In this document: piece after piece, positions 50,566 through 60,899 of the stretch
Numbering within the stretch: position 1 is the stretch's first letter
Layout of the letters: each line of letters begins with the position of its first letter
Assembly: GCA_964494795.1 (NCBI GenBank)
Contig: CAZBSV010000005.1
Span: forward strand, 12,842-76,841
DNA: 64,000 bases
Reading direction: 5' to 3'
Source of the DNA: an uncultured Spirochaetales bacterium
Lineage (GTDB): Bacteria > Myxococcota_A > UBA9160 > SMWR01
Program-made: the position numbers and the translations under genes
The notes under the pieces: generated by a model
What the model was told of the DNA's origin: nothing
Database searches by the model: none
Seen by the model: the letters and a program-made list of their open reading frames with translations, nothing else

Positions 50566-51222
50566 GTGAAGCGCGAAGAAAAAGCCCAGCGAATCCAACA
50601 GCAACTCGACGCCCTCTACCCCGAGCTCGTCGCGCCGCTGCGCCACGAAGATCCCTACACGCTGCTGATCGCGGTGCTGCTCTCCGCGCAGTGCACGGAT
50701 CTGCGCGTCAACCAGGTCACCCCCAAACTCTTCGCGCGCGCCTCGACGCCCGAACAGATGTGCAAGCTCTCGGTCGACGAGATCCGCGAGATCATCCGGC
50801 CCTGCGGGTTGTCGCCCTCCAAGGCGAAGGCGATCGCGGAACTCTCGCGGGTCCTCGTCGACAAGTACGACGGGCAGGTACCGAAGACTTTCGAAGAACT
50901 CGAAGCGCTGCGCGGCGTGGGCCACAAGACCGCGAGTGTGGTGGTCGTGCAAGCCTTCGGGATGCCCGCGTTTCCGGTCGACACCCACATCCACCGCCTC
51001 GCCGCGCGCTGGGGGCTCTCGTCCGGCAAGAACGTGGCGCAGACCGAGCGTGACTTGAAGCAGCTCTTCGCGCGCGAGACCTGGGGCCGCGTTCACCTGC
51101 AGATGATCTACTTCGGGCGCGAATACTGTCCAGCGCGCGCCCACGAGCTGGGCGCGTGTCCGATCTGTGCGTGGGCGGCCTCGAAGGCGCGCATCGCGAG
51201 CGAGCGCCGCGGCCGCGCCTAA
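50566..51222 (+). CDS. nth: endonuclease III (start uncertain; track ORF begins at 50461)
   Basis: LLIAVLLSAQCTDLRVN, the HhH-GPD motif LRGVGHKTASVV, VDTHIHR, and a C-terminal Cys cluster. Confidence 0.88.
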   Translation: MKREEKAQRIQQQLDALYPELVAPLRHEDPYTLLIAVLLSAQCTDLRVNQVTPKLFARASTPEQMCKLSVDEIREIIRPCGLSPSKAKAIAELSRVLVDKYDGQVPKTFEELEALRGVGHKTASVVVVQAFGMPAFPVDTHIHRLAARWGLSSGKNVAQTERDLKQLFARETWGRVHLQMIYFGREYCPARAHELGACPICAWAASKARIASERRGRA

Positions 51223-51291
51223 CGCTCGGCTCGCGCTTCGCACGGATCGGCGCCTGCTGCGCGCGGACCGCGCTGAGCGGCGCGTCGATGC

Positions 51292-53856
51292 TCAGGTTCC
51301 GATCCGGCGGATTCGCACGATCGGGTCCTCGGGATCGCGCTGCTGGGTGAGATCGATCGCGGCTTCGATCGCCCAGAAGTGGTCGCCCTGCGGATCGACG
51401 AGCACCTGAGAGACATTCCAGGTCCGGGGCCCGCTGGACGCAAGCCGCGTGCGTCGCGAATTGCGCGCGTCGGGCGTGAAGAGGATCTCCGCGTATTCGT
51501 CGAAGTAGGGCGCGAGAGCCCGCTCGAAGCGCAGCGCATCCCACGGATCGTCGGCGTCCTGATGGACGCACGCGGCCGCCGCTTCGAAGTCACCCACGGC
51601 GAGCGCGCGCACGAGCACGTGGAGTTCCGATCGCGCGCGTGCCGCGAGCAGCGCGGGATCCTTCGCGAGATCGAACTGTCGCGCCGCGGCCTCGGATCTC
51701 GCGAGCTTCGCGACGGGATCGCTGAGCGTCTCCCAGGCGTCGATCAGGCTCGAATCGACGCGCTGGATCATGCTGCGGAAGTACGCGATCGCGTCGTAGA
51801 CCGCATCGGTCTTCGCGTTCTCGGGGATCGTCTTCACGAGCGTGCCGAGCACCTGGTTGAGGTAGCGCAGCAGCAGCCCCTCGCTGCGCGCGATCGCGTA
51901 CTCGCGCGTGTAGTCGGCAAAGTCGCGCAGGCTCTCGAACATTTCGCGCGCGATCGACTTCAACCGGATGTTCTGCGTGCCAAACCAGGGATGCGTCTGG
52001 ACGAACAGGCGAAACGCCGCGTAAACGAAGTCGGCGTCGGGCTTGGGATGGCTGACGCGTTCGAGTTTCGCGATGCGCTGCTCGTAGGGAATGCGCTGCG
52101 CCTTGAGCGCCGCCATCAGCTCCGTCTTGTGCTTGCGGATCTGCGCGTAGAGGATTGCGCGGGGGTCTTCGAGGATGGACTCGACCAGGGTCAGGACTTC
52201 GAGCGCGTAGCTCGGCGAATGCGGGTCGAGCACCGCGACCGCGTCGACGAGAAATGGAGACAGCGTGTGGTGTAGAGAGAAGTCGAACTGGAGACCTTCC
52301 GCGACGCGAGCCTCCGGCCGACCGCTGGGGGTCTGGACGATCTCGATGATCTCCGCGCTCCGCAGCGATCGGAAGAGTTTCGCGGCCTCGCGCCGCAGCT
52401 TTGCCTTCGCGGCCGGCCGCTCGTGCGACCGATCGATCAGTTCGATCACGCCGCGGTATCCGCGATCGGCGGGCGGCATCGCGGCATCGCGCTGGAGCAC
52501 GCTCACGATCATTCCGTGATCGATCTGGAAGCGCGAGACCAGAGTTTCGGGAGACTGGTGGATCAGCCGCTGGAAGGTGTCGCGATTCCAGGGCACGAAG
52601 TTCTGGGAGGGCGGCTGCTTCTTCTTCGCGACTTTGCGCTTCTTGCCCCCTCCGCCCGCGCGCTCCGCGGCGCGTTTGTTCTCGATCGCGTACTCGGGTG
52701 CCTGACACACGACGCTGCCGCGCTCGTCGAAGCCCTTGCGCCCGGCGCGCCCGGCGATCTGCTTGAACTCGCGCGCGCTGAGGATCCCGATCTTCTCGCC
52801 GTCGAATTTGAACAGCTGCGAGAACAGCACGCTTCGGATCGGGATGTTCACGCCGACGCCGAGCGTGTCCGTGCCGCAGATTACCTTGAGCAGGCTCTTC
52901 TGGGCGAGCTGCTCGACGAGCAGCCGGTATTTCGGGAGCAGACCCGCGTGGTGCAGGCCGATGCCGTGGCGCAGGAAGCGCTTCATGTCCTTGCCGTACG
53001 GAGAATCGAACTTGAACTCCGCGAGCACGGAGTCGATCTGCTCGCGCTCGTCGCGCGTCGCGATGCGCGCGCTCGTCAGGCCCTGCGCCTGCTCGGCGCA
53101 CTGGCGCTGGGTGAAGTTCACGACGTAGATCGGCGCCTGTTCGCGCTCGAGCAGCGCTTCGATCGTCTCGGTCAGCGGCGTCTCGCGGTACTCGAAGTCG
53201 AGCGGAACCGGGCGCGCCTCGGAGTAGACGCAAGCGACCTCGCGCCCGCTCTGCGCGTGCAGCCGCTCTTCGATCGCCGCCGTGTTTCCGAGCGTCGCGG
53301 ACATCAACAAAAACGTGGTCTGCGGCAGCAGCAACAGCGGGATCTGCCAGGCGACGCCGCGCTCGCGGTCGCCGTAGTAGTGGAACTCGTCGAGCACCAC
53401 GTAGCGGATCGGCGCCTGCGCGGCCTCGCGCAGCGCCATGTTCGCGAGCACTTCGGTCGTGCAGCAGATCAGCGGCGCGGCGTGGTTGATGCTCGCGTCG
53501 CCGGTCAGCATGCCGACCCGCTCGGCGCCGAACAAGTCGCACAGCTCGAAGAACTTCTGGCTCGCGAGCGCCTTGATCGGGGCGGTGTAGAACGAGCGCT
53601 CGCCCTCGCACAGCGCCTTGAAGTGCAGCGCGAGCGCGACGAGCGATTTGCCGGAGCCGGTCGGCGTATTGAGCACGACGTGGCGCCCGGCCATGAGTTC
53701 GATGAAGGCCTCTTCCTGGTGGGGGTAGGGGTCGAAGCCCGCTTCCGCCAACCAATCGACGAAGCGGTCGAGAATCTCGCCGGTGTCTCGCGTACCGCCG
53801 CTCGGAACGCGATCGTAGAGCGGAGCCGGGGTCCTTTCGCGGGGTGCTTCGCTCAA
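51292..53856 (-). CDS. DEAD/DEAH-box superfamily 2 helicase with large C-terminal extension (DUF3516-like)
   Basis: In-frame TTG at 53856 (TTGA overlap with the upstream gene stop). Motifs are NTPTGSGKS, DEFH, SATL and QIAGRAGRKG. Track ORF codons upstream of 53856 overlap the GTPase gene and look spurious. Confidence 0.85.
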   Translation of the reverse strand: MSEAPRERTPAPLYDRVPSGGTRDTGEILDRFVDWLAEAGFDPYPHQEEAFIELMAGRHVVLNTPTGSGKSLVALALHFKALCEGERSFYTAPIKALASQKFFELCDLFGAERVGMLTGDASINHAAPLICCTTEVLANMALREAAQAPIRYVVLDEFHYYGDRERGVAWQIPLLLLPQTTFLLMSATLGNTAAIEERLHAQSGREVACVYSEARPVPLDFEYRETPLTETIEALLEREQAPIYVVNFTQRQCAEQAQGLTSARIATRDEREQIDSVLAEFKFDSPYGKDMKRFLRHGIGLHHAGLLPKYRLLVEQLAQKSLLKVICGTDTLGVGVNIPIRSVLFSQLFKFDGEKIGILSAREFKQIAGRAGRKGFDERGSVVCQAPEYAIENKRAAERAGGGGKKRKVAKKKQPPSQNFVPWNRDTFQRLIHQSPETLVSRFQIDHGMIVSVLQRDAAMPPADRGYRGVIELIDRSHERPAAKAKLRREAAKLFRSLRSAEIIEIVQTPSGRPEARVAEGLQFDFSLHHTLSPFLVDAVAVLDPHSPSYALEVLTLVESILEDPRAILYAQIRKHKTELMAALKAQRIPYEQRIAKLERVSHPKPDADFVYAAFRLFVQTHPWFGTQNIRLKSIAREMFESLRDFADYTREYAIARSEGLLLRYLNQVLGTLVKTIPENAKTDAVYDAIAYFRSMIQRVDSSLIDAWETLSDPVAKLARSEAAARQFDLAKDPALLAARARSELHVLVRALAVGDFEAAAACVHQDADDPWDALRFERALAPYFDEYAEILFTPDARNSRRTRLASSGPRTWNVSQVLVDPQGDHFWAIEAAIDLTQQRDPEDPIVRIRRIGT

Positions 53857-54755
53857 GCGTCGATCCGGCGGATCAGCACGATGCGTCCGAGCAGATCTGC
53901 GGGCGGTGAGAACTCGAGCTTCGACAACTCGATGCGCGGTCCGACGCCCTGCAGGATCCGCGGCCCTTCGGAGGTCAGCACGAAGCCCTTCGCGCGCAGC
54001 GGCGCGAGCGCGCGCACGCGCTCGAGCAAGTCTTTGGGCTCGACGGCATCGGCGACCAGCAATACCTCGGCCGCGAAACTCTCGTGCGGGTGGGGCGGCC
54101 TGCCGATCTGCGCGCTCCGGCGGCGTTTGCGCACGCCGTCTGGATCCGGCGGAAACAGCAGCGCGGGATCGACCCGTGCCTGAACCGCGCGAATCAGCGG
54201 CGCGTCGGGTTCGATCGCGCGCAGCGCAGCTTCGATTGCCGGCAGCGCCTGCGCGGCCACGAGGTCGAGCTTGTTGAGCAGCAGCAGATCCGCGGACGAC
54301 ACCTGCTGCGCGAAGGTTCCGTCCAGATCGCGCCCCTGTGCGACTTGTTCGGCGTTGACGACGACCACCGCGACGTCGCTCTCGATCCAGTCGGCGATCG
54401 GCTCGCGCCAGAGATTCAGCTGCACGTCGAACGGCAGCGCGACACCCGAAGTTTCGACGATCACGAGATCCGGATCCACGCGCTCGCGCAGCCGTTGCAG
54501 CGTTTCGACGAGGTCGTCCGAGAGTCGGCAACACACGCAGCCGCCCGACAACTCCACGTACGCATCGCCCGCGCGGTCGAGCAGCGCGCCGTCGATTCCG
54601 AGTTCGGCGAATTCGTTCGAGACGACGGCCGCGCGGCGGCCGTTGCGCTGCGCGTCCGCGAGCAGGCCACGCACGAGCGTGGTCTTGCCGGAACCGAGGA
54701 AGCCCGACACGACCAGCGCGGGCACGCTCCTTGTTTCGTTCACGCGCGCAAGCAT
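53853..54755 (-). CDS. CobW/COG0523-family G3E GTPase (putative metallochaperone)
   Basis: P-loop GFLGSGKTTL, metal motif GCVCC, and ETSG. Confidence 0.85.
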   Translation of the reverse strand: MLARVNETRSVPALVVSGFLGSGKTTLVRGLLADAQRNGRRAAVVSNEFAELGIDGALLDRAGDAYVELSGGCVCCRLSDDLVETLQRLRERVDPDLVIVETSGVALPFDVQLNLWREPIADWIESDVAVVVVNAEQVAQGRDLDGTFAQQVSSADLLLLNKLDLVAAQALPAIEAALRAIEPDAPLIRAVQARVDPALLFPPDPDGVRKRRRSAQIGRPPHPHESFAAEVLLVADAVEPKDLLERVRALAPLRAKGFVLTSEGPRILQGVGPRIELSKLEFSPPADLLGRIVLIRRIDA

Positions 54756-55059
54756 AGGGCGCGCTGGCGCGGACGCGTAGCCAAATCACCTCGCCGTCGA
54801 TCGGAATCGCTGTCTGCGCCGAGAAGCATCTCAAGCGGCTGAGGGATTTGCTCGATACAGGGCGCGGGTATCCGAGCGTCCGCGTCTCCACTCGAAGCAT
54901 GGCTGCTTTGGTTTGCTCGATGGGCTCGCGTTCAAGCGGTCGAAGAGCTGGCTCCCGCCGTGTTCACGCTGCTGCTGCCGCTGTTCTCGGGCGCTCGGAT
55001 CCCCGGACTTCCGCAAACACGCTGCGCGCTGCCACCACTACGTCCAGAAGCTCCTACGG

Positions 55060-55487
55060 CTACAACGGGCAAGCCACCAATCCCGGTGTCGTTCCGGATG
55101 GGCCGGGCTTCTTGAGGTAGCGCTGACCGAATCTGCCGAAGTCGCAAATATTGACCGTGCAGCCGGGAACGACGTGACCGATGCAGATGCAATATTTCTC
55201 ACAGTCCTCTTTGCCGAACACACCACAGTCCACTTTGCCGAACGCTTGGCCGAACAAACCGAAATCCTTAATGTTCGTTATGCCGTCTTGGTTGAAATCG
55301 GCGTCGCAGTAGTTTCCGCACAGATCCAAGTCGGTGTCATCCTGAGCCGCGCGTTCGGCGCAGTCCTGCAGTTGTCGGCTATATCTACGATCCCGTCGCT
55401 GTCCCACTCGGATCCGGCGGTGCCCGCGAATGCGGGGCTTCCCCACAGCGTAAGAGCGAACATCGCTGCCAATATCGTCAATCTCAT
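55060..55487 (-). pseudogene. small TSP3/dockerin-like protein, paralog 3, apparently frameshifted
   Basis: The N-terminal part (MRLTILAAMFALTLWGSPAFAGTAGSEWDSDGIVDIADNC) is in track ORF 55278..55496. The remainder (DDTDLDLCGNYCDADFNQDGITNIKDFG...PGPSGTTPGLVACPL) is in track ORF 55060..55446. Relative to paralog 2 there is a 2-nt excess: AACGCGCGGCT versus AATCCGGCT. Confidence 0.6.
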
Positions 55488-55603
55488 TTTAAGCACCTTG
55501 TCGATGGCGCTGACAAAATCCAGTTCTCAAGTCCCAGTTCTTCTAACCTCTACCGATTGCATTTCGCCAGAGGAGATTGAGCCCGAATTCGCCCCAGGTC
55601 GTC

Positions 55604-55619
55604 CAGTCAAAAATGACTG
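55604..55619. promoter_or_regulatory. second copy of the palindrome CAGTCAAAAATGACTG
   Basis: Identical 16-mer at the same relative position in the conserved leader. Confidence 0.35.
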
Positions 55620-55807
55620 TTTGCCCAGAGAATTTCTCGAGCCCGATCAACCGATCCATCCGCACGAAGGACGAGGGGATGAGGCGCGTAGAGTCAGCCC
55701 CTAGGAAACCCGAGAAGCGCATGGCACGGCCAGCCTGCCAGGTTGGCGCCGCGCCCGATCCATCGCGCGACGCTCTGATCCTGGCAGTGTACCACCGGGG
55801 CAGATCG

Positions 55808-55823
55808 AAATGGCTAGCCATTT
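55808..55823. promoter_or_regulatory. perfect 16-bp palindrome AAATGGCTAGCCATTT
   Basis: Lies in the 480-bp divergent region between the paralog-3 leader and the GST gene. Confidence 0.2.
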
Positions 55824-55966
55824 TGATCGCTACTTCTGGCGCGCGGGTCGCTGGAGCGCCGCGAAGGCTGGCGCGCGAGTCGCGGAAGCGCCGCGAAGCA
55901 GATCGCCGGCGTGAACGCGTCGGTTATCATGGGCTTTCTTGCGCCAGATGCCCGACGAGGAACTCC

Positions 55967-56650
55967 ATGATCGATCTCTACACCGCAGCGACGCCAAATG
56001 GCCACAAAGCGTCGTGTACGCTCGAGGAACTCGAGATCCCCTACGAGATCCACGCGGTCGACCTTTCCGCGCTCGAGCAGAAGAAGCCGGACTTCCTGCG
56101 GCTCAACCCCAACGGTCGGATCCCGGTGATCGTCGATCGCAGCGAAGGCGACCTGCCGGTCTTCGAGTCGGGCGCGATCATGCTCTACCTCGCCGAAAAG
56201 GCCGGGCGGCTGCTGCCCGCGGATCGGCGCGGCCGCGCGCGCGCAATCTCGTGGTTGATGTTCCAGATGGGCGGGATCGGTCCGATGATGGGACAGGCGA
56301 ACGTGTTCTTCCGCTATTTCCCCGAGAAGATCCAGCCCGCGATCGACCGCTACCAGAACGAATCGAGGCGGCTGTTCGAAGTGCTCGACGCGCAGCTCGC
56401 GCAGAGCGAGTGGCTCGCGGGCGAATATTCGATCGCGGACATCGCAAACTGGTGTTGGACGCGAACGCATCGCTGGTCGGGGGTGTCGGTGGACGGGCTC
56501 GAGAACTTGCAGCGCTGGATGGACGCGCTCAAGCAGCGGCCCGCGCTGAGACGCGGCGTCGAGGTTCCGGCTGCGCGCCCGAGCCTCATCGAAGACGAAG
56601 AGGCCAGCGAGAAGTTCGCCGAAAGGGCGCGCGCGATGTTGCAGCGCTAG
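55967..56650 (+). CDS. glutathione S-transferase (YfcG / Nu-class-like)
   Basis: ATG at 55967 gives [27 protein letters not shown]...[11 protein letters not shown]...[14 protein letters not shown]. Confidence 0.85.
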   Translation: MIDLYTAATPNGHKASCTLEELEIPYEIHAVDLSALEQKKPDFLRLNPNGRIPVIVDRSEGDLPVFESGAIMLYLAEKAGRLLPADRRGRARAISWLMFQMGGIGPMMGQANVFFRYFPEKIQPAIDRYQNESRRLFEVLDAQLAQSEWLAGEYSIADIANWCWTRTHRWSGVSVDGLENLQRWMDALKQRPALRRGVEVPAARPSLIEDEEASEKFAERARAMLQR

Positions 56651-56712
56651 CACCTCGAACCCGGAACGGGTTCGAGGTGCGCCGCAAGGGAAGCGAAGCT
56701 TCCCCCGCTAGC
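56646..56712. repeat. 67-bp double-hairpin palindromic element, copy 2
   Basis: GCTAGC-ACCTCGAACCCGGAACGGGTTCGAGGT-GCGCCGCAAG-GGAAGCGAAGCTTCC-CCCGCTAGC. Its first GCTAG supplies the TAG stop of the GST gene. Confidence 0.95.
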
Positions 56713-56724
56713 GCGCGGCTCGGA

Positions 56725-57069
56725 TCAGAACAGCGAGTAGCGGTTGCACGCCCAGGCCGCCGCGATTGCCGCGAGCCAGGTCGCGCCGATCCAGCCGGAG
56801 AGGAGGCCCGGTCGGCGCTGTCTGCGCAGCTCGAAGCGCACGCAGCCGAAGCTCAGCGCGATCAAACCGAACAGCGCCATCTGCGCGCCGAGCCTGCGGT
56901 CGCGCAGCGCAAAGATCAGCATCGGAGCGCTGAACGCGACGACGTGCCCGACGATGACGAGCACGAGCGGCAGCAGCGACGAGTCGCGCAGCGCGGGCAG
57001 GATCCAGCGCTCGACCCAGAGTTCGCCGCGGGGTTCGCGCTCGCCGCCCGGTTCGCTGGAGCTCGGCAT
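56725..57069 (-). CDS. small membrane protein, hypothetical
   Basis: GGGAGGA precedes the ATG at 57069. 114 aa with three hydrophobic helices. The rest of track ORF 56725..58452 is shadow over gcvP. Confidence 0.5.
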   Translation of the reverse strand: MPSSSEPGGEREPRGELWVERWILPALRDSSLLPLVLVIVGHVVAFSAPMLIFALRDRRLGAQMALFGLIALSFGCVRFELRRQRRPGLLSGWIGATWLAAIAAAWACNRYSLF

Positions 57070-57119
57070 GCATCCTCCCTCGCGCGCGGGAGGATAACGG
57101 GCGTTGCGCGCTCCGCGCG

Positions 57120-60038
57120 TCAGTCGATCAGATCCGAAAGCGGCGGGCAGGTGCACATGAGGTGGCGATCGCCGTAGGCGTTGTCGATGCGCCCGACGGC
57201 GGGCCAGAATTTGTTCGCCCGCACCCAGCCGAGCGGATACGCGGCGCGCTCGCGCGAATAGGCGTGGTCCCAGGCGTCGGCCGAGACCGCGGCTGCGGTG
57301 TGGGGCGCGCCCTTCAACGGATTGTCGATGCGGTCGCAGCTGCCGTTTTCGATCCCCTCGATTTCGCGACGGATCTCGATCAGCGCGTCGCACAGGCGAT
57401 CGAGTTCGGCCTTCGATTCGCTCTCGGTCGGTTCGATCATCAGCGTGCCTGGCACCGGGAAGCTCATCGTCGGCGCGTGGAAGCCGAAGTCCATCAGCCG
57501 CTTGGCGATGTCTTCGACGCCGACTCCGGCCGAGGTTTCGAAATGCCGGCAGTCGATGATGAATTCGTGGGCGACCCGACCCGTCGCGCCCCGATAGAGC
57601 ACCTCGTAGTGGTCGGCGAGCCGCGCCGCCATGTAGTTGGCGTTGAGGATTGCGACCTGGGTGGCGCGCTTGAGGCCGGCCGCGCCCATCAATGCGATGT
57701 AGACCCAGCTGATTGGAAGGATGCTCGCGCTGCCGTACGGGGCTGCGGACACGGCGCCCTCGCCGTCGATCGGGTGGCCGGGCAGGTACGCGCGCAGGTG
57801 TTCGGCAGCCGCGATCGGGCCCATGCCGGGCCCGCCTCCGCCGTGCGGGATGCAGAAGGTCTTGTGGAGATTCATGTGGCAGACGTCTGCGCCGATTGCT
57901 GCCGGTGAGGTCAGGCCCAGCTGGGCGTTCAGGTTGGCGCCATCGAGGTAGACCTGGGCGCCGCGCTCGTGGATCCGTTGGCAGACTTCCTTCACGCGCG
58001 TTTCGAACACGCCGTGCGTCGAGGGATAGGTGAGCATCAATGCGCCGAGTTCGTCGCCGGCCTCGTCGACGCGAGCCTGCAGGTCGTCGAGGTCGACGTC
58101 GCCCTGCCGGTTGGTCTGCACCGCCACGCAGCGAAAACCCGCGATCACCGCGCTCGCGGCGTTGGTGCCGTGCGCGGACACCGGGATCAGGCAGACTTTC
58201 CGCTGCCGATCGCCGCGCGCGTCGTGATAGCGGCGGATCGCGAGCAGGCCCGCGTACTCGCCCTGGGAGCCCGCATTGGGTTGCAGCGACACGGCCGGCA
58301 GACCCGTGATCTGCGCGAGCCAGGTCGCGAGATCGCCGAGCATCGTCGCGTAGCCGCGCAGCTGGTCGGCGGGCGCGTAGGGGTGGATGCGGCTGAACTG
58401 CGGCCAGCTGACCGGCAGCATCTCGCTCGTGGCGTTGAGTTTCATCGTGCACGAGCCGAGCGGGATCATCGACGTGGTGAGCGAGAGGTCGCGCGCTTCG
58501 AGGCGGTGGATGTAGCGGAGCATCTCGTGCTCGGACCGGTAGCGGTGGAAGACGGGATGGCTGAGGAATTCGCTCGTGCGCGCAAGCTCGGCGGGAAGCG
58601 AGAGGTCCGCGTTTTCGACCAGCGCCGCGACGTCGACGCTCGGATCCGCTTGCGCGGAGAACGCCGCGATCAACTGTGCGACGTCGGATGGGGTCGAGGT
58701 CTCATCGAGCGATACGCCGAGACTTCCATCTTCGAACGCGCGCAGGTTGAAACCGCGCTCGAGCGCCGCGGCGATGACGGCGCGCGCTCCCTTTCCGTTG
58801 GGTGTCACGCGCAGCGTGTCGAAGTGGGGTGCATCGCCGAGCTTGCAGCCGACCGCGCGCAACCCGGCCGCCAACGCCGCGCTGAGCGCATGGATGCGCC
58901 GGGCGATCCGCCGCAATCCCTCGGGCCCGTGGTAGACGCAGTACATGCTCGCCATGATCGCGAGCAGCGCCTGCGCGGTGCAGATATTGCTCGTCGCCTT
59001 GTCGCGGCGAATGTGTTGTTCGCGCGTCTGGATCGCGAGCCGGTAGACGGGCTCGCCGTGCGCGTCCATCGACACGCCGACGATGCGGCCCGGAATCCGT
59101 CGCACGTTTGCCTGCGTGGTGGAGAGGAAGGCCGCGTGCGGCCCGCCGAAGCCCATCGGGACGCCCAGTCTTTGAGCGGAGCCGATCGCGATGTCCGCGC
59201 CGAATTCGCCGGGTGGCACCAGCAGGGTGAGGGCGAGCGGATCCGTTGCGACGACGACGCTCGCGCCCGCGGCGTGGGCGCGCTGCGCGAGCGCGCGATG
59301 ATCTTCGACGCGACCGTCGGTCGACGGGTATTGCAGCAGGATGCCGCAGAGATCCTGCGGCCCGAAGTCGATCGCGTCGATTGGCCCCACCTGGAGTTTG
59401 ATCCCGAGCGCGGCCGCGCGCGTCCTCAGTACGCCGAGCGTCTGCGGATGACAGTCCGCGGCGGCGAAAAAGCCGCGCCGCTGGCCTCGCGCGATCGACG
59501 CGCACATCCCGAGCGCCTCGGCGGCGGCCGTCGCCTCGTCGAGCAGCGACGCGTTCGCGAGCGGAAGACCCGTGAGGTCCGCGATCAGCGTCTGAAAGTT
59601 CAGCAGCGCTTCGAGTCGACCCTGCGAAATTTCGGCCTGGTACGGGGTGTACTGGGTGTACCAACCCGGATTCTCGAGGATGTTGCGCTGGATCACCGGC
59701 GGCACGATCACATCCGAATAACCCATTCCGATGCACGATCGGATTGCGCGGTTTTCGCATGCGATCTCGCGCAATCGTTCGAGCAATTCGAACTCGCCGG
59801 GCGGCGGGCCTTCGAGTCCGGCCAGCTTCAGTGGCTCGGCGAGTCGGATCGCGGCGGGCACGGTGTCGTCCGTGAGTTCGTCGAGGCTCGCGTAGCCGAG
59901 GCGTTGCAGCATCTCGCCGATCTCGGAATCGCTCGGGCCGATGTGGCGCCGCTCGAAGACGTCGCCGGGCGCGAGCAGCGACCGCGGAGATTCAGCCGGG
60001 AGAGATGTGCTGCGATCGGTGTTTCGTTCGTCGTTCAC
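57120..60038 (-). CDS. gcvP: glycine dehydrogenase (decarboxylating), single-chain P protein
   Basis: GTG at 60038. [30 protein letters not shown], and the PLP site [16 protein letters not shown]. Confidence 0.92.
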   Translation of the reverse strand: MNDERNTDRSTSLPAESPRSLLAPGDVFERRHIGPSDSEIGEMLQRLGYASLDELTDDTVPAAIRLAEPLKLAGLEGPPPGEFELLERLREIACENRAIRSCIGMGYSDVIVPPVIQRNILENPGWYTQYTPYQAEISQGRLEALLNFQTLIADLTGLPLANASLLDEATAAAEALGMCASIARGQRRGFFAAADCHPQTLGVLRTRAAALGIKLQVGPIDAIDFGPQDLCGILLQYPSTDGRVEDHRALAQRAHAAGASVVVATDPLALTLLVPPGEFGADIAIGSAQRLGVPMGFGGPHAAFLSTTQANVRRIPGRIVGVSMDAHGEPVYRLAIQTREQHIRRDKATSNICTAQALLAIMASMYCVYHGPEGLRRIARRIHALSAALAAGLRAVGCKLGDAPHFDTLRVTPNGKGARAVIAAALERGFNLRAFEDGSLGVSLDETSTPSDVAQLIAAFSAQADPSVDVAALVENADLSLPAELARTSEFLSHPVFHRYRSEHEMLRYIHRLEARDLSLTTSMIPLGSCTMKLNATSEMLPVSWPQFSRIHPYAPADQLRGYATMLGDLATWLAQITGLPAVSLQPNAGSQGEYAGLLAIRRYHDARGDRQRKVCLIPVSAHGTNAASAVIAGFRCVAVQTNRQGDVDLDDLQARVDEAGDELGALMLTYPSTHGVFETRVKEVCQRIHERGAQVYLDGANLNAQLGLTSPAAIGADVCHMNLHKTFCIPHGGGGPGMGPIAAAEHLRAYLPGHPIDGEGAVSAAPYGSASILPISWVYIALMGAAGLKRATQVAILNANYMAARLADHYEVLYRGATGRVAHEFIIDCRHFETSAGVGVEDIAKRLMDFGFHAPTMSFPVPGTLMIEPTESESKAELDRLCDALIEIRREIEGIENGSCDRIDNPLKGAPHTAAAVSADAWDHAYSRERAAYPLGWVRANKFWPAVGRIDNAYGDRHLMCTCPPLSDLID

Positions 60039-60053
60039 CAAGTCTTCCAGTTT

Positions 60054-60085
60054 GAAGCGGATCCAGCCTGAAGCGAATCCAGCCT
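60054..60085. repeat. 16-bp tandem duplication in the gcvP leader
   Basis: GAAGCGGATCCAGCCT / GAAGCGAATCCAGCCT. Confidence 0.9.
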
Positions 60086-60253
60086 GCGCCGAGCGCGTCC
60101 GATCGGATCTGCAAGGCGGCGGGTCGCTGGGAGCGGATGCCGGATGAGAGGAGCGCATTCTAGCGGCCACTTCGACGGGTCTCGAACGAAAACTTTCCCG
60201 CGGACCCGGTCGGCACTTTGGGCGCGCGGCGCAGATCGCGCTCGAGCGGTCGA

Positions 60254-60565
60254 TCAGCTCCGCGAGAGCCGCCGGAACACGTCCTCGGGCGAGCTGCCGA
60301 CCGCTTCAGCCTCGCTGTCCTCGAATCCCTTGACGGCCCGGGAGAGTTCCCGACACACGGCCTCCGGATTGTCGACGCCCCTCACCCGCAATTCGCGCGG
60401 CATCACCTGGTCGATCACCACGACCATCTGCTCGCGTGTGAGCTCGCGCGGCGTCAGGCCCGAAGATTTCAAGGCGAGCCGCAGCGTGCCGCGCGCCTCG
60501 AGATTCTCGAGTCCGCTGCGTAGCTGGAGCTCGGCGGCGACGAATTCAAAAAGAGTCTCGGACAA
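60254..60565 (-). CDS. hypothetical small protein (TTG start proposed)
   Basis: Only the last ~103 codons of track ORF 60254..60913 have protein-like composition ([33 protein letters not shown]...). No family recognised. Confidence 0.4.
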   Translation of the reverse strand: MSETLFEFVAAELQLRSGLENLEARGTLRLALKSSGLTPRELTREQMVVVIDQVMPRELRVRGVDNPEAVCRELSRAVKGFEDSEAEAVGSSPEDVFRRLSRS

Positions 60566-60859
60566 GCAGATTCCCCTCGCGCATATCTTCGGACGAGCGC
60601 CACGAGCACTCAATTGCATTTGTGTCGGACGCGCCTTCGCTGCTCGATTCGATGGGTCGCTCGGAGTTCGATCGCGACCTCGATCTAGCCGCCGGCCGCG
60701 CGTCTCGCGTTGCCGTGGCTTCGGATCATTCCGCGCAGGTTTGAACTCCGATCGCGCTCGCGCGAGCCCTCTGGCCCCGATCGGGGCTGCGCCGCTTCTC
60801 GGCTGGCTCGTCGCATCGCGCGCTGCGAGATGGTATGCATGCCGCAGCGCTGCGCCGCA

Positions 60860-60899
60860 GCTCGCTGGGGGTGGACATAGCTCGCTGGGGGTGGACATG
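60860..60899. repeat. 20-bp tandem duplication covering a translation-initiation region
   Basis: GCTCGCTGGGGGTGGACATA / GCTCGCTGGGGGTGGACATG. The second copy ends in the ATG of the SDR gene. The first copy has ATA. Confidence 0.95.

Larger units (their letters stand above)
55047..55668. repeat. dispersed duplication, copy B (partner 40598..41195)
   Basis: See copy A. Copy B lacks a downstream PEP-CTERM gene. Confidence 0.85.

Noticed and set aside
49744-51243. 499-aa minus-strand ORF spanning cysE, ATL and nth
   Set aside because: It overlaps three well-supported genes and has Arg-rich shadow composition.
53857-54900. N-terminal 348 codons of track ORF 51292..54900
   Set aside because: This stretch overlaps the CobW-family GTPase gene and is Arg/Ala-rich shadow sequence. 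Helicase homology starts after the TTG at 53856.
60039-60253. Glycine riboswitch upstream of gcvP
   Set aside because: No conserved GGAGAG...CACCGAAGGGGCAA cores are visible on the minus strand.
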